Part shown: positions 1 to 13,035 of the stretch, in pieces
How positions within the stretch are numbered: position 1 is the stretch's first letter
Layout: each line of letters begins with the position of its first letter
NCBI GenBank assembly: GCA_976551045.1
Contig: CDPCPM010000275.1
Coordinates: 4,092,001 to 4,156,000 of the forward strand
From: Glaucostegus cemiculus
Lineage: Eukaryota
DNA length: 64,000 nt
Direction: 5' to 3'
Notes under the pieces: generated by a model
What the model was told of the DNA's origin: nothing
Databases searched by the model: none
The model's input: the letters and a program-made list of their open reading frames with translations, nothing else
Position numbers and translations under genes: made by a program

Positions 1-276
1 TAAAGGTACGGGATGACATGAAATTATTAACACAATAAAACTGTATTATTTTACCAGATATTAAACACACATTTGCCAAAACATTTAGTCTAGTAATCAG
101 ATTGTGCCTGTAAAGATCCCATTGCAGTGTGTGCTGAACACGTCTAACAAACTGGTCTGCTGGCCTCATTAGGAAAGTTCCCCAAGCCATATGTCTATTA
201 AATGGGTGTGACATGATCTGATTTCTAGGCCCATATACTTTAAGTATAGGTTGGCAAAGCCAACTAATGTGCTTAC

Positions 277-321
277 CTCATCGTCACAGCTAATACTGCA
301 TTTACCATCAAGTGAAGCACA
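277..321 (-). CDS. CACNA2D3: CACNA2D3 coding exon, 45 nt; the gene continues beyond the window start
   Basis: tgttacag|CASLDGKCSISCDDE|gtaagc; identical to the remembered human peptide. Phase 0/0. Confidence 0.97.
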
Positions 322-967
322 CTGTAACAGAAGATAATACTGTAACCACTAAGAATAAATACAGAGCATGCCCCATAGTTAGAAGCCAAATTTGTCTAAT
401 TAAAAAGTTGGCAAAATCCAGTTCGAACACGTCACTTTTTTTGATGAGCAGATTGCATGCAGCACTGGAGCTGCTATTTTGTATTACAGAAGATATCTTC
501 ATGTTGCCATGAACGTTGGCACCAACACCAAGAATGGCTCCACCCTCATCATTAAATATGCTGGGATTCTTTGCCAGAGACTGACAAGACTCAGCAGGTC
601 TAGCTGGTCCCAGCTATTTGCAGCCCAAATGCATGAGACTCCTGCACAGGTGTCTTGCAAGGCTTTCATTGCAATACAAAAGCAGCTATTTTTTTCTGCT
701 TTTCCACTTCAAATTAATTCACTGTTTGTGAAGAAACTTGAGGTGTTGCTGAGATACAAAGTACAGCACAAAACGAAGTTTTTCAATTTTCCAAATATGA
801 AACAAAATAAATTTGTAGAAAAAATTAGCATCTATTTTGTGTATTTTATCCTATGAGGAAATACTTACTGATAACATAAATCCCTGTACAATTCTAGTAA
901 TTACAAGATATAATTTGCATTTGATGCTTTTATTAACAGGGGTATCCATACCACTATACATTGTGCC

Positions 968-1262
968 AGAGTAACCAAGGACTGCAGATGTTGGAATCTA
1001 GATGAAAGACATGATGATGCTGGTGGAACTCAGCAGGCCAGGTAGCCTCTGTTGAGAAAAGCAGGCGGTCAATGTTTCACCATCTTTTGTCCACCCCACC
1101 TCCCCTTTTTTGTCCACCTATCACTGCTCTGCTTTTCTTTCCTATATATTGGGCTTCTCCTTTTCCTGTCTTCAGTCCTGAAGAAGTGTCCTGACCCGTA
1201 ATGTTGACCACCTGCTTTTCTCCATGGATGCTGCCTGGCCTGCTGTGTTCCTCCAGTATCAT
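968..1262. mobile_element. Penelope-like element terminus with inverted arms and a degenerate hammerhead-like core at 1173-1210 (+)
   Basis: About 1015-1078 is the imperfect reverse complement of about 1200-1262, around a pyrimidine-rich spacer. The core reads CAGTC-CTGAAGA-AGTGTCCTGACCC-GTAATGTT-GAC. Confidence 0.65.
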
Positions 1263-1401
1263 TGGGCTTTCCATAAATTGTGCCGGACTTAACCCACAGA
1301 CTAGTTCCAAAAGACTGGCTATGATAAAATGGAAGCACCTCAGCTCATACATTTTATTGCTGAAAACAATTCTGATCATTCTAATAATCAGATCTCTTTG
1401 A

Positions 1402-2508
1402 CTAGAGGCCTGTGACTTGTGGTGTGCCACAGGGATTGGTGCTGGGTCCGTTGTTGTTTATCACCGATATTAATGATTTAGATGTGGTGGAGGGAGTACC
1501 CTTGGATTGGAGGGCTGTGACTAGTGGTGTCCCACAGGGATCTGTTCTGGGACCTCTACTTTTTGTTATATTTATAGATGACTTAGATGAGCGGGTGGAA
1601 GGCTGGGTTAGTAAGTTTGCCGATGACACTAAGGTTGGCAGTGTGGAGGATAGTGTGGAGGGATGTTGGGGCTTACAGAGGGATATTGATAGGCTGCAGA
1701 GCTGGGCAGACAAGTTGCAGATGGAGTTAAATCCAGAGAAGTGTGAGGTGGTACACTTTGGAAGGACAAACTCCAGGGCAGAGTACAAGGTAAATCGCAA
1801 GATACTTGGCAGTGTAGAGGAGCAGAGGGATCTGGGGGTTCATATCCACAGTTCACTGAAAGTTGCCACGCAGGTGGATAGGGCAGTTAAGAAGGCCTAT
1901 GGGATGTTAGCTTTCATAAGTCATGGGATCGAGTCTAAGAGTCACGATGTGATGATGCAGCTTTACAAAACTCTGGTTGGACCACACTTAGAGTACTGTG
2001 TTCAGTTCTGGTCGCCGCATTATAGGAAGGATGTGGAGGCGTTGGAGAAGGTGCAGAGGAGATTTACCAGGATACTGGCTGGATTAGAGAGTATGGAATA
2101 TGAGGAGAGGCTTAAGGCTTTACTCATTGGAGAGGAGGAGGATGAGAGGAGACTTGATAGAGATATATAAAATATTGAGAGGAATAGATAGACAGCCAGT
2201 GCCTCTTTCCCAGGGCAACAGTGCTCAAGACAAGAGGGCATGGCTTTAAGTTTATAGGTGGGAAGTTCAGGGGAGATGCCAGAGGGAGGTTTTTCACCCA
2301 GAGAGTGATTGGTGCATGGAATGCGCTGCCTGGGGTGGTGGTGGAGGCAGATACATTGGACAGGTTCAAGAGATTGTTGGATAGGCATATGGAGGAATGT
2401 GGGATAGAGTGATATGTGGGAGGAAAGGGTTAGATAGTGAGGTGTGGTTTGTTGGAACATGGTGGGCTGAAGGCCCTGTATTGTGCTGTATTGTTCTATG
2501 GTTCTATG
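1402..2508 (+). mobile_element. 5'-truncated, relatively young CR1 (HER1-like) LINE: RT C-terminal half and 3' tail
   Basis: ORF 1412..2170 has GVPQGSVLGPLLF, SKFADDTK and HLEYCVQFWSPHYRKD. ORF 2221..2412 has TRGHGFK...FFTQRVIGAWNALP. The element ends in GTTCTATG repeats. Confidence 0.95.
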
Positions 2509-3307
2509 CTTCTAAAAACACATTTAGAGAATTGAATTGATGCTGTGGCCAACTGAACAAGCTCTGCCATTGCCTGACCTCAGTTTGAACTTGGAATCAA
2601 ACCCTTCTGCATTTCCTGCTGGATAAATTTAATAAGCCACAAGACTGAGTTGCATCGGGCAACCTAGTAGTTAGGCTGTTAGTCTGTGATGCTGCATCAC
2701 TATGAACCTGTCTTAAAAGTGCAGATGAGGTGTGTCATGACACTAATCAGTGTGCACTGTTGATTTGGCACTAGTGCTGTCCAACAATATGCAACCCAAT
2801 GCCTTCTTGTAACCTTGTACAGCTGAACAAACACTGAGCAGCAGGCAAGATCCCCATCCAGTATGATTTAAAGAGATCGTAAACTGGCTGTAGGTTAGAT
2901 GCTGATTGATTTCTACTGCTATTACAATCCTATAAAGATTCGGTCCTTCCCAAAATCAAAGGGAATGCAGAACAAGGTTTGATTCAAAGGGAGGGGTGTG
3001 CCACTGTTGGATTGACTTCAAGTTTCTGTGGAAAGCAGTCATTCTCAGACATGGTTGCATCAACAGTTGTTTGCTTTGGAAAACAGCAAGACAATATATC
3101 TAAAGGGGGAGGAGCAGAAGAGTAGGTCAGAGAAGAAGGGCTTTCAGAGGAGGCCAATCCATGCTGGGTATTCAGGGAGCAAATGTCCTCTTTATGCTTG
3201 AGCAAGGAACAGCATGTGAGGTGTCAGTGCTTTAGTAAGGACATCCTCAAAGGAATATGCCAGCTGCTACATCAACAATTCCAATCGCAAGGCAGAACGA
3301 AGACTGG

Positions 3308-3522
3308 GTTTCATAGTGATGCAGCTGGTAGAGTTGCTGCCTCCCAGCTTCAGCATTCCAAGTTCAATCTGACCTCAGGTGCTGTCTATGTGGAATTTGC
3401 GCATTCTCCCTGTAACTGTGTGGCTTTCCTCTGGGTGCTCTCATCTCCTTCCACATCCCAACTGCTTGCAGGTTGGTAGGTTAATTGGCCACAGTAAATT
3501 GCCCCTAATGTGTAGGTTAGTG
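3308..3522 (+). mobile_element. tRNA-derived V-SINE (HE1-like)
   Basis: A/B-box-like head (gtgatgcagctggtagag...aagttcaatc) is followed by the V-domain-like ttctccctgtaactgtgtggctttcctctgggtgctc and by gtaaattgcccctaatgtgtagg. Confidence 0.75.
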
Positions 3523-3739
3523 ATAACAATTCCATCAATTGTCCAAAGACTGCAAGTAGCATTCATTCGTCAATGTCTATCTTCTCTGAAAGGTGGCTTC
3601 CAAGATATGGTCCATGTTTTCCAAGGTCTCTGGAGTGTCAATGCTATAAGTTGAACAGTTTCACATTAGTTCTGAAGATTAGCTCTACTCCTGCAGGAAG
3701 TTTATTGGAGGGAAAATGCAACATTACAGAAAATAAGAG

Positions 3740-3915
3740 TGAGAATGGTGAGACTGGTTCTGTTGTAGGTCCATTGGTGAGCGTCATGGCTTGCATGCAG
3801 TCATGGAGCCATCATAAATGGAAATGAATTTCTGTGGGCAGCCATAATTTAGGAAGGTGTTCCACAATCTCTCCCAATTGATGGAGTCAAAGGCTTTGGT
3901 GAGGTCAGAAGAGCC
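3740..3915 (-). mobile_element. RTE-clade LINE RT fragment
   Basis: ORF 3784..4032 contains DLTKAFDSINWERLWNTFLNYGCPQKFISI, an RTE-type DLTKAFD...LW...GCPxKF motif. Confidence 0.75.
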
Positions 3916-5155
3916 TCTGTTTTGTGGCTCTGCTGCTGTGCTACGTATGTGAGGGTGTGGTGGTGTATATGAATGAGAGTGCTGATTGATAGTGATTGTT
4001 GGTATGTGAGTGCCAGGAGTGTGGTGCATCAAGCAGTAGCTGAGATTGTTGATGCAGGTGTTTTAATTTGAATTTGCATCTATTGAGTGTGACCATTCAT
4101 GAGGACACTGCTTGGCTTGTGATACTTTCATGCTATTGGCACTACTACCATGGTTGCTTCTGACTTTCTTCTGATTGTGTTTGGAGGGCACCAAGTATAT
4201 AGTGTCTTCTCTCCACTCTACACCAATGATGTCAAGAAACTTTGAGAACACTGTGGAGTCTATTCTCTCCCATGCCATATTCGAAAGTGCCCCAGATCAG
4301 CTTCTGTTAATGACCTTCAACCTGTAATGTTAGCTCTGTTTCTTTTCCCATGTGGTCTGACCTGCTGAGTGTTTCTAACATTTTCTGTTTTTATTACAGT
4401 TCCAGAATGCCAGGCAGCCGCTGTTACAGCACAGTGAAGTGTAGGCTGGCTTTAAGTACTAGAGACTAACTGTAACTAAGATAGGGTTGTTACTGAAGTT
4501 AATGGCTCAGTGAAATGTATGGTTAACATAGGCTGAATGCTAAAGTCATTATAGTTAATAGGGGCCACTTATGTACATGGTTGAATCAGGAATGCTTAAT
4601 TGTACACCACAATAACTGCACACATTCTTGGTAAATGTCCACTTCAGTTCTCCATCAATTAATAAAAAATGTATGTTTAAATTTTATTTCATTCTCTTCA
4701 TCTGTCTGATATTTACCATTTACCTCAGAAATAATTTAGGAAACAATTTAGGATTTGAAAAACTATAAGTCAATTCCTAAGACCATTTTTAGTTAATAAC
4801 ATAGCAGAAGATGACAGTACTTAGAGAGGATATCTTAAAGTGCCATATGGGGAGAACTCAGGAATATGAGAGAATGATCACTTTGCTGGGGTTGTACTAT
4901 AGGCCTCCCAATAGTGAGCTGGAATTAGGTGAATGGATATGAAAGCAAGTCAGAGTGAGGTGCAAGAGCAATAGGGTTATGGTAATGGGGGATTTTAACT
5001 TTCCCAATATTGACTTGGATGGACTTCATGCAAGGGGCGTAGATGGGGTGGAATTTAAGTTCATCCAAGAGAGTGTTTTTGAGACAATATGTAGATAGCC
5101 CATCAAGAGATGGAGCAGTACTTGACTCACTCTTAGGAAATGAAACCAGGCAGGT

Positions 5156-5450
5156 GATAAGATCTTTATTAGTCACATATACATCGATATACACAGTGAA
5201 ATGCATCTTTTGCGTAGTATTCTGGGTGGCAGCCCGCCGGTGTCACCATGCTTCCGGCACTAACATAGCATGCCCAGACGTTCCTAACCTGTACGTCTTC
5301 AGAATGTGGGAGGAAACCAGAGAACCCAGAGGAAACCCACGCAGACATGGGCAGAACATACAAACTCCTTACAGGCAGCAGCAGGAATTGAACCTGGGTT
5401 GCTGGCACCATAAAGCATTACGCTAACTGCTACACTATCGTGCCTGCCCA
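5156..5450 (-). mobile_element. tRNA-derived V-SINE inserted in the CR1
   Basis: The minus strand starts ggcacgatagtgtagcagttagc (A box) and has GGTTCAATTCC (B box), a V-domain tgtctgcgtgggtttcctctgggttctctggtttcctcccaca, and a tail tgtgactaataaagatcttatc. Confidence 0.85.
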
Positions 5451-5746
5451 TACACTACCGTTGTATAGAAGTACTCTCGTACCATGGAAGTGTTGTTGGG
5501 GAATACTTTGGGAACAATGACCATAATTCTGTAAGATTCAAGGCAGTAATGGAAAGGGATAAGGTTGGTCCTATGTTAAGGTCCTAAATTGGGGGAAGGC
5601 TGATTTCAATTGCATAAGAGAGGGCCCGGTGAATGCGGATTGGGAGAAAACCAAAAACCCAATTCTGGAACCACATAGTTGGCTGGTCCAGGCAGTCAAG
5701 TCACATGGGATCTGAGGCAAGCTGGGTAATTGGAACCAAAATCGGC

Positions 5747-6117
5747 CTGGGGATAGGTGGCAGAGCGTAGTGGTGCTAGGTTGCTTTTCTGATTGGAAGA
5801 CTGTGACCAGTGATGCACTGCATGGTTCACAGCTAGGACCCTTGTTCTTTGTGATATATATCAACAACTTGTATTTAAATGTTGGAGGAATGATCATTAA
5901 TTTTGTACATGACATGAAGGTTGGTGGTGTAGTGGACAGCAAGGAAGGTTGTCTAACTTTACAGCAGCACATAGATCAGGTGGAAATATCAACAAGTTGT
6001 TGATATATATCACAAAGAACAAGGGTCCTAGCTGTGAACCATGCAGTGCATCACTGGTCACAGTCTTCCAATCAGAAAAGCAACCTAGCACCACTACGCT
6101 CTGCCACCTATCCCCAG
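5747..6117. repeat. Perfect 126-bp inverted repeat (arms 5747-5872 and 5992-6117, 119-bp spacer)
   Basis: The arms are base-for-base reverse complements. ORFs 5770(+) and 5897(-) accordingly begin with the same 34 aa. Confidence 0.97.
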
Positions 6118-6589
6118 TGTTGGCAGAGGGAATTTAATCCTGACAAATTTGTGGTGATGAAGTTTGGGAAGTCAAATGGGGTAGGACTTTTACGGTAAAT
6201 GGTAGGATGCTGAGGAAGGTTGATGGACAGAAGAACCTTGGGATTCATGTCCATAGTTCCCTGAAAATAGCAATATATCTAGAAATGGCAGTGAAGAAGG
6301 CATCTGGTATTCTTGCTTTTATAGGTTGGGGCACTGAATATAAAATCGGAGATATAATGTTGCAATTTTACAAACCTTGATTAGACCACACTTGGAATAT
6401 TGTATGCAGTTCTGGTTGCCACACTATAGAAAGGAAGTGGTTTTGTTGGAGAAGGTGCAGAGGAGATTCACCAGGATGTTGCCTGGATTGGCAGACTTTA
6501 ATTATGGGGAGAGATTGAATAGGCTGAGCTTGTTTTCCTGGAGCAAAGGAGGCTCAGGGGTGACCTGAGGTATGTAAAATTATAAGAGG

Positions 6590-7012
6590 CATAGGCAGGG
6601 GCTGGCAGGCAATAGGTGAAACCAGGTGAAGAGGGAGATGATGGGCAGATGAAGCCAGCTGAGGAAAGGGGAAGGGTGGAGTCAGGAGACAGCAGCTGGT
6701 GGGTGATGGGTAGACACAGATAAGGAGAGAGAAAAAAGGGGGCAGATGGAGCCATGTGGAGAGAGAAAAAAAGGGGTCAGATGGAGCTATGTGGAGGTAA
6801 GGGGAGGGTGGAAGTACAGACCAGAGGCTGGAAGATGGTAAGTGGAAACAAGAGGCTGCAGATGCTGGAATCTGATAATGAAAGTGATAGGTGGAAGCAG
6901 ATAAGGGAGGGATGCTGGGCAGATGGAACTGTTTGGAGAGAGGAGATAGGAGACCAGAAGGTGTAGTGGTTGGGTGGTAGGTAGATGGAACCAGGCAGGG
7001 GAGGGGAAAAAT
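6590..7012 (-). mobile_element. GA-rich segment of a Penelope-like element 3' region, with an internal ~34-bp tandem duplication (6724-6797)
   Basis: The plus strand is purine-rich and contains the family motif ctgcagatgctggaatctg. Composition resembles 33000-33200 and, on the opposite strand, 1080-1170. Confidence 0.5.
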
Positions 7013-8309
7013 GCCTACTTGTAAGTGACCCATTAAACAATACAACATCTAGAAAAGTATGCACTTTTCTGAATGCTAATTGTCAAATATAACTATTTAA
7101 GATTCTAAAATTGAATTTTCACAAATTTCCATTTTAAATCTGCATCATATTTAAGGTTCTAAACTCAATACAACATTACACAATAGTGTTTGTTTTGCTT
7201 CAGATACTTCTAGCATGCCTTACACTTATCATGTTATGAAATATTTACAAAAAAAAGGCTGAGCTCTACTTTAATTTGGTAGCTTATTTTAGGCGTCACT
7301 CTGCTTCTGATGACCATATATGTTCTGGATACCTTTGGATTTCACACATGCAATTATGATCATTACTCTGGTGTTTCTTTCCATTAAAGGAAATAGAGTA
7401 TATCATTGTTCAGCTTTGAAGACTCTATGATTACTTCTTTTCACCTTTGCTGTACATATGTCAGCAAGAATGAAGAAAAGAGAGTCCCTGGAGATATCAA
7501 AATCTGTGCTTGTTAAGTTTTAAATTGTTGGGAATTTCTTTTTTAGCTGAAACAGCTATTGATCTTATCTAGGTTGGAGTTGAGTTTGGATAAAATCAGC
7601 AGGAGTATAAGCCATAATTACTTGTTATTGAAGCAGCCAATCCTGAAATGAAATATAATTGATTTTGGTATGAACTGATTAATTCTTGCCAAGCAAGCAG
7701 GCAACAACTGAGAAGAAAGCAAGTCATCAAAAACAGAAGTCTGAGCATTTGAAAATTGTATTTCTGGTTTTTGAGAAGCTAATAATTTGAATATTTAATG
7801 CAAGTTTTTTTAAGTTTCTATATATTGTAAGAAATCGTAGCAATGACAATTTTCCTTAGCTGGTAATAAAGTAGCTTCCTATGTCCAGAGTTTCCCTATT
7901 AACAGACTTTCAAGTTAATTTCAGGCTTAACTTTGATTTTCACCACAATACTGTAGTCCATAGTAATTAGTTTGTACCATATTCAGTACAGCATGCTACT
8001 TGTACCTTTTTTGTTCTGAGGTTCAGAAATTTTTGTATTTCTTTAAAAGGGGAATGATGTATTCTTTACAAAAAGAAAGTTATACATACGTGTTTTATTC
8101 TGTAACTTGATGTACTTCAGGAGATTAGCTTGAATTTGAACAGGTTGATTTTAAGAGATTTCAACAGACAAGATGTATTCAAAGATATCTTTGGCATTAC
8201 AGAGTCACAAATGATTTTAACCAGCATGTGATTTGCTAACATTTGGAAATGTCTTTTATCTTTTTCAGCACAATTAGGATATTAAAGCTGGTAATAATAA
8301 GCAGCTCAC

Positions 8310-8371
8310 CTGACGGCTTGCAGTCCAGAACTTCTTTTGGAAAAACTCCAGCTTCATTTGAATACCCACAG
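8310..8371 (-). CDS. CACNA2D3: CACNA2D3 coding exon, 62 nt, 3' of the LRTM1-containing intron
   Basis: tttaacag|(A)VGIQMKLEFFQKKFWTASRQ|gtgagc; human AVGIQMKLEFFQRKFWTASRQ. Phase 1/0. Confidence 0.97.
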
Positions 8372-9885
8372 CTGTTAAAAAACAGAATAATATCCTTCAG
8401 ATATTCTTGACAATCATTTTTATCACATAATAATCAATATTTTTGTTAGGAGTACATATTGAACTTTGAAAAGTATGCTTGGAACAGAAATATGGACAGC
8501 AGTATTCATTAAGTCTTTCTACTGATAGATCAGGACTATTTTTTGTAACAGCCCAAATGGGCCTAATTCCAATGGTGTGCATCATGATGCAGAGGCCCAT
8601 ACTAAGTACGTCCTTGAGTTTTTATAATCAGATTCCAATTGGGAGACCTGATGCAACGTGTACTGGGACATTACCAATATTGTATTTTAACAAGACTTAC
8701 AGATATGTCATCTGGAAAGCAATGGATGGTGGAACAAAGAGGGCCAACCCATTCAAGGATTGTCCATGGTGCAGGCAACTTCCCAATTAACAGGGTGTCA
8801 GAAAGTTGGGGGCTTTAATTTGAACGACATTCTGGACCTCTTTAAAACTAAAGATACCTTTCAGAGTTTGGACAAACACATTTCCCAACAGTTTTTTGAG
8901 CCACAAATATAGGAGCATTTTGTCAAAACTAAGCTAAGACCACCATCCTCATCAGGGCCACCAGAGCAACTTAAAAGTGATTCCATCCAGTTTTTGGGGT
9001 GGTTCTCTATGTAGATTGGTCTTGGGCCTTTGCTCTGCTAAACTGAGCATCAGTATTCCAGTCATGGACTCATAAATATAGACTCCTGTACATTCTCTAT
9101 ATTTCTGAACATAGCATTTTTTGGCAGCACACAATGTTTTACATCTTTAAGAAGCCTGTTGAAAGAAGAGAGATTGTAACATAATTTTACAGGAATATTT
9201 TGAAGGATATATGATAAAGAGTTGGTGCCTCTTCATCTTTCCAAATATCTCTCTTCCTCCCAATAAAATCAACTCAAGCTGAAGTATGGCACATAGAGGT
9301 ATCAATGTCACTTTCAGATCATGTCTAAGTGTAAAATCAAAGGTTGTCAGAAGATATATACGTCACTGCAAATCTCATAATAGGGTAAAAGTTAGCAGGA
9401 TCTAATAAAATACCTGAGTCATTATCAGGTAATCCAAGTACTACAGTCAGGATCTTTTTGAGCAAATAAGTATAGTTAAACTTCCAAACTTCTCATCACC
9501 CTACAGAGTTGTTGAGGACATTGCAAGATTGCTCTAACCACACCTGCTCAGTCTCGATGTAAATGGTGAGCTCTTTAGTAATTTCATTCTAAAAAAAAAA
9601 CACCCTGCCAATCACTACCTGTATAATAGAAATGTATAACATTCTTTGAAGTTAAAGGTTAAAAGTTTAATAATTATTTTCTATATATTGTAACAGCAGA
9701 AAATCCATAAGAAGGTAAAACCTTACTCTGACACCAAATTCCCGTCAAACCTCACCTGTTATAAACTTCATGACAAATTCTAAATGGAAGCTTGTTTTGT
9801 AAGTCACAGTATAATTGCATGCTTCTGTCAATGAGGTTACTAGAGATTTATACATAGATATATACATATGTGGCAAGTCTACTTT

Positions 9886-9955
9886 GGTTCCATTATATAT
9901 GTGACAATATGTATTCATAAGGTTCCATTATAAATGTGACAATATGAATTCATTA
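9886..9955. repeat. 35-bp tandem duplication
   Basis: ggttccattatatatgtgacaatatgtattcataa / ggttccattataaatgtgacaatatgaattcatta (3 mismatches). Confidence 0.9.
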
Positions 9956-10619
9956 CGCAAGTCCAAGAATAAGGTTAAACTGGATAAATCCCAAAACTTG
10001 ACAAAACTAGACCTTCTATCCCCCAGTCCCCATTTGACCAAAGTCTACACTTGGTCTTGATTCTCATCTGAAATGTCCAAGTGATTGGCTAACAAAAAAG
10101 AATTCTAAAGATGCACTGTCCTTGGATGACATGTTAGATCTTCCAGTACATGAACAAATGCTTCAAACCTTGTCAATTCTCTATACCACCGAGATAAGTT
10201 TCCAACACTGGTGTACACTTCGTCTGGTTTAATATATTTCAGAACTACAGATGGATGAAACATACTTTTCTCAATTTTTTAATGTTTTTTACCCCTGCAT
10301 ATGTAGCTGGGATAAAGTACAAAAATTATGTCTCATATCTCTTTCAGAGATTAACACATTGTAAATTAAGAACATTTCTTAGTTTAGAAATTACTATTAG
10401 CAGTGATGATGTATGGACATTTAACATGAGATTCCCTTGTACAAAGTTTAAATTGTGGTATTTGTTTATTTATGTAGGTTAATATCAAATGAAAATAAGA
10501 TATAATCTGCAAATATTGGCAATGTTTGCAGTATTTGTTTATAAGAGGCCATACTTCTCTGTAATGGTGTTTAAGACAAATGCCAAAACCACAGTGATGT
10601 TATAAGGGCCTTCAATGAA

Positions 10620-11340
10620 AGGATTTTTTGTTTGAAAGCCTTTGATTATATCCATGCTGTGGAATTGGAATGTCAACCACCCCTTGGGTACATGGACATG
10701 TAACAAGATCCAACACTACTCTCCAAAATACTGGGTAACAGCTTCTATTAGCACCATTCAGTCAGCACCATGACAGTTCCAAAGCCTGTGCTTTTACAAG
10801 CTTTTTATTTCCTTAGTACATTTTATTGAATGGAGTCTGGTGAGTTCAGAAAGAACTTATCAGCTGACTATGGCAGACCTAAGGGAATTCACACACTGTG
10901 CTTCCATCTCCTTGGACCAAAATTAGATAGGAAAAAGGTAACAGGAAAGCAAGGCTAAATATCCAGAGTGACAGAAGAAAACTATATAGTAATACCTGTC
11001 AAAAATAGTTAAAAATGAATAAGGTGAGACAAAGTTTTGAGATAATTGCAACAGGTTGTATTTGAAATGAAGTATGAGAAAGTAATATAGTTACAATTAT
11101 ATAAATTCTCTCATCACCAATCTACAAAAGGTAATCTGATCATGCCAAATAACATTAAGAGTAATAGATATTGAACAGGATACCAGAGAGAATTGTACCA
11201 CCCCTCTCCAAGCCTCCCTTGGTGCTGCAATGGAAAATCCCATGGAATATTTCACATACTTTTGAGATGGAACCTTGCCTAAAAGGTGAGTGCTCCAACA
11301 GTGCAATATTCCTTCTGCACCTAAGTTTCATCCTCAAGAG
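10620..11340 (-). mobile_element. Highly degenerate non-LTR retrotransposon (RTE-like) RT fragment
   Basis: ORF 11155..11337 ends GLERGGTILSGILFNIY, resembling the RT motif GVRQGCILSPxLFNIY. Confidence 0.45.
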
Positions 11341-13035
11341 TTTGGGTTGCAGTTCAAATTTGCGACCCCTAGGTCAGAAGTAGAATTCACTATCATGCTC
11401 CAATGTGGACTGAAAATAACTAATATTCAGTGACACATCTAAATATTATTCACTGCTAAAAATTATATCAAAGAAATGCAGTTTGTAACAACATAATATG
11501 TGCTGGCACTTAATGAGAGCGGCACAGCTAATTTATGGAATGGAGCTCTTTCAGAAGAATTTTCTATATTGTTGGCTTCATTTTGGAGTTCAATTTAATT
11601 TTCTTTGCTCTATCAAAATCACACAATGCAAAATTTGTTCTGATCAATTACCAAACAGTATATTAAAATGTTACTGCAGAACTAATTCTTATAGATGGTC
11701 TTAACATCATCAATGAATAACATGGTACGTAAGATATGGATTAGAGGCTTAACACATGCCATCAGGAATAAGATACAGGAAAGTAATTTTCAACTTCAGC
11801 CTCTCATTATTGAAGATGCTGGCCTTCATTCCCACTGGTTATAATGGGAAGCACAAATCAGGAGGGTTTTGTATAAAAAGGGGCTCTCCAAATGGTCACC
11901 TTGCCAACCAAGTGGAAAAGATGAAAGATTTTAGACAAAAATATTATGCAAGAGTTTTCACCAGGGGATCCCATGTAACTATATCCTAATGTGTTCCAAT
12001 TAAAATGAGTAATTAGTTTTAATTTGTCCTGAGTGCTATTCAATTTAGTGTTAAAATCCATTTCAAATGTTGATGCATCTCTAAGTACACCCAAAGGACT
12101 ACAAAGAATATAACACACAACTTCACAGGCAGTGTGTTTATATTAATCTGAATAAACTATATTGTTTTAAAAATTCATACAATCACTTGCAGGTTGTTTT
12201 TATGCTCGTACAATGAAATCAAATCTGCAGTGTTTACTGACAGACAAATATTTCTAGCATTGAAATCATGGATGGTTTATCCATGTGCTGGTTTCCAGTT
12301 ATAGCAAGAACATGAGATGAGCAGCTGCAAACCAGACAAGGCAACTGATACACAAGAAGCTTGGAGCTTTGCCTGCTGTAAACAGCAATGCAGCTTTGAT
12401 GACAGTTAGAGAAGATGAAAATAAGGAGCAGTCACCAAGGAACAGTTAAAGATCAGAGTAAGTGCCCTTGTGCTCAGTGTGCATAATAGATCAGTATCCT
12501 GAAACTCAGAGATAAAACTTGCTTATTAAAAACATAATGGAAACATAACTGAATAGATGAATTTATGTACTGCAGTTCGCAGCATCTCTGAAATGTGACA
12601 ATATTCATTCTATGATAAAACTGTGATATTCAAAAATACAAGCAACAAAATACAAGAGGGGTTCAATCTAACAACTCTGCATCTTTGATTTCAGAATGAA
12701 GTGCTATGTAAACAAAAGGAGCTGATGCAACTGGGAAAGGACCCAACACCATTAATCTCTTTGTTCCTTCAGACACGATAGATTGGCAGTCATTGGCAAT
12801 CCAGGAAAATACACATTATACGATGTCATAGCATAGATTCTGCCAGAAGCAATATTTGAAACGGTGATATTTAAATGCATAATACTATTTTTTAGCAAAT
12901 TCACAGCTCTATTATAGAATACTGGTGTGCTTCTAAGTACATTCAAAGAAACTAAAAAGACTATATCACACAACTTCATAGGTACTACAGTCAAAGAAAT
13001 GAATAAAGAGAATCATTATTTAAGGTGTCATTGGC

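Larger units (their letters stand above)
4815..6570 (+). mobile_element. Degenerate, internally deleted CR1 LINE (APE endonuclease plus RT pieces) carrying a SINE insertion and an inverted duplication
   Basis: Encodes LLGLYYRPPNS, VMVMGDFNFP, VTSDALHGSQLGPLFFVIYINNL and IRPHLEYCMQFWLPHYRKEVVLLEKVQRRFTRMLPG. Confidence 0.9.

Noticed and set aside
1412-2170. Functional or domesticated reverse transcriptase gene
   Set aside because: It is 5'-truncated, has no ATG start, lacks the endonuclease and N-terminal RT motifs, and frameshifts near 2120. It is a LINE copy.
5380-5450. tRNA gene (A and B boxes), also at about 3310-3370
   Set aside because: The boxes run directly into a V-SINE body and no full cloverleaf is evident. 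These are SINE heads.
8430-9600. Possible degenerate retroelement next to the 8310-8371 exon
   Set aside because: The composition suggests a TE relic, but I could not recover a diagnostic motif, so it is left uncalled.
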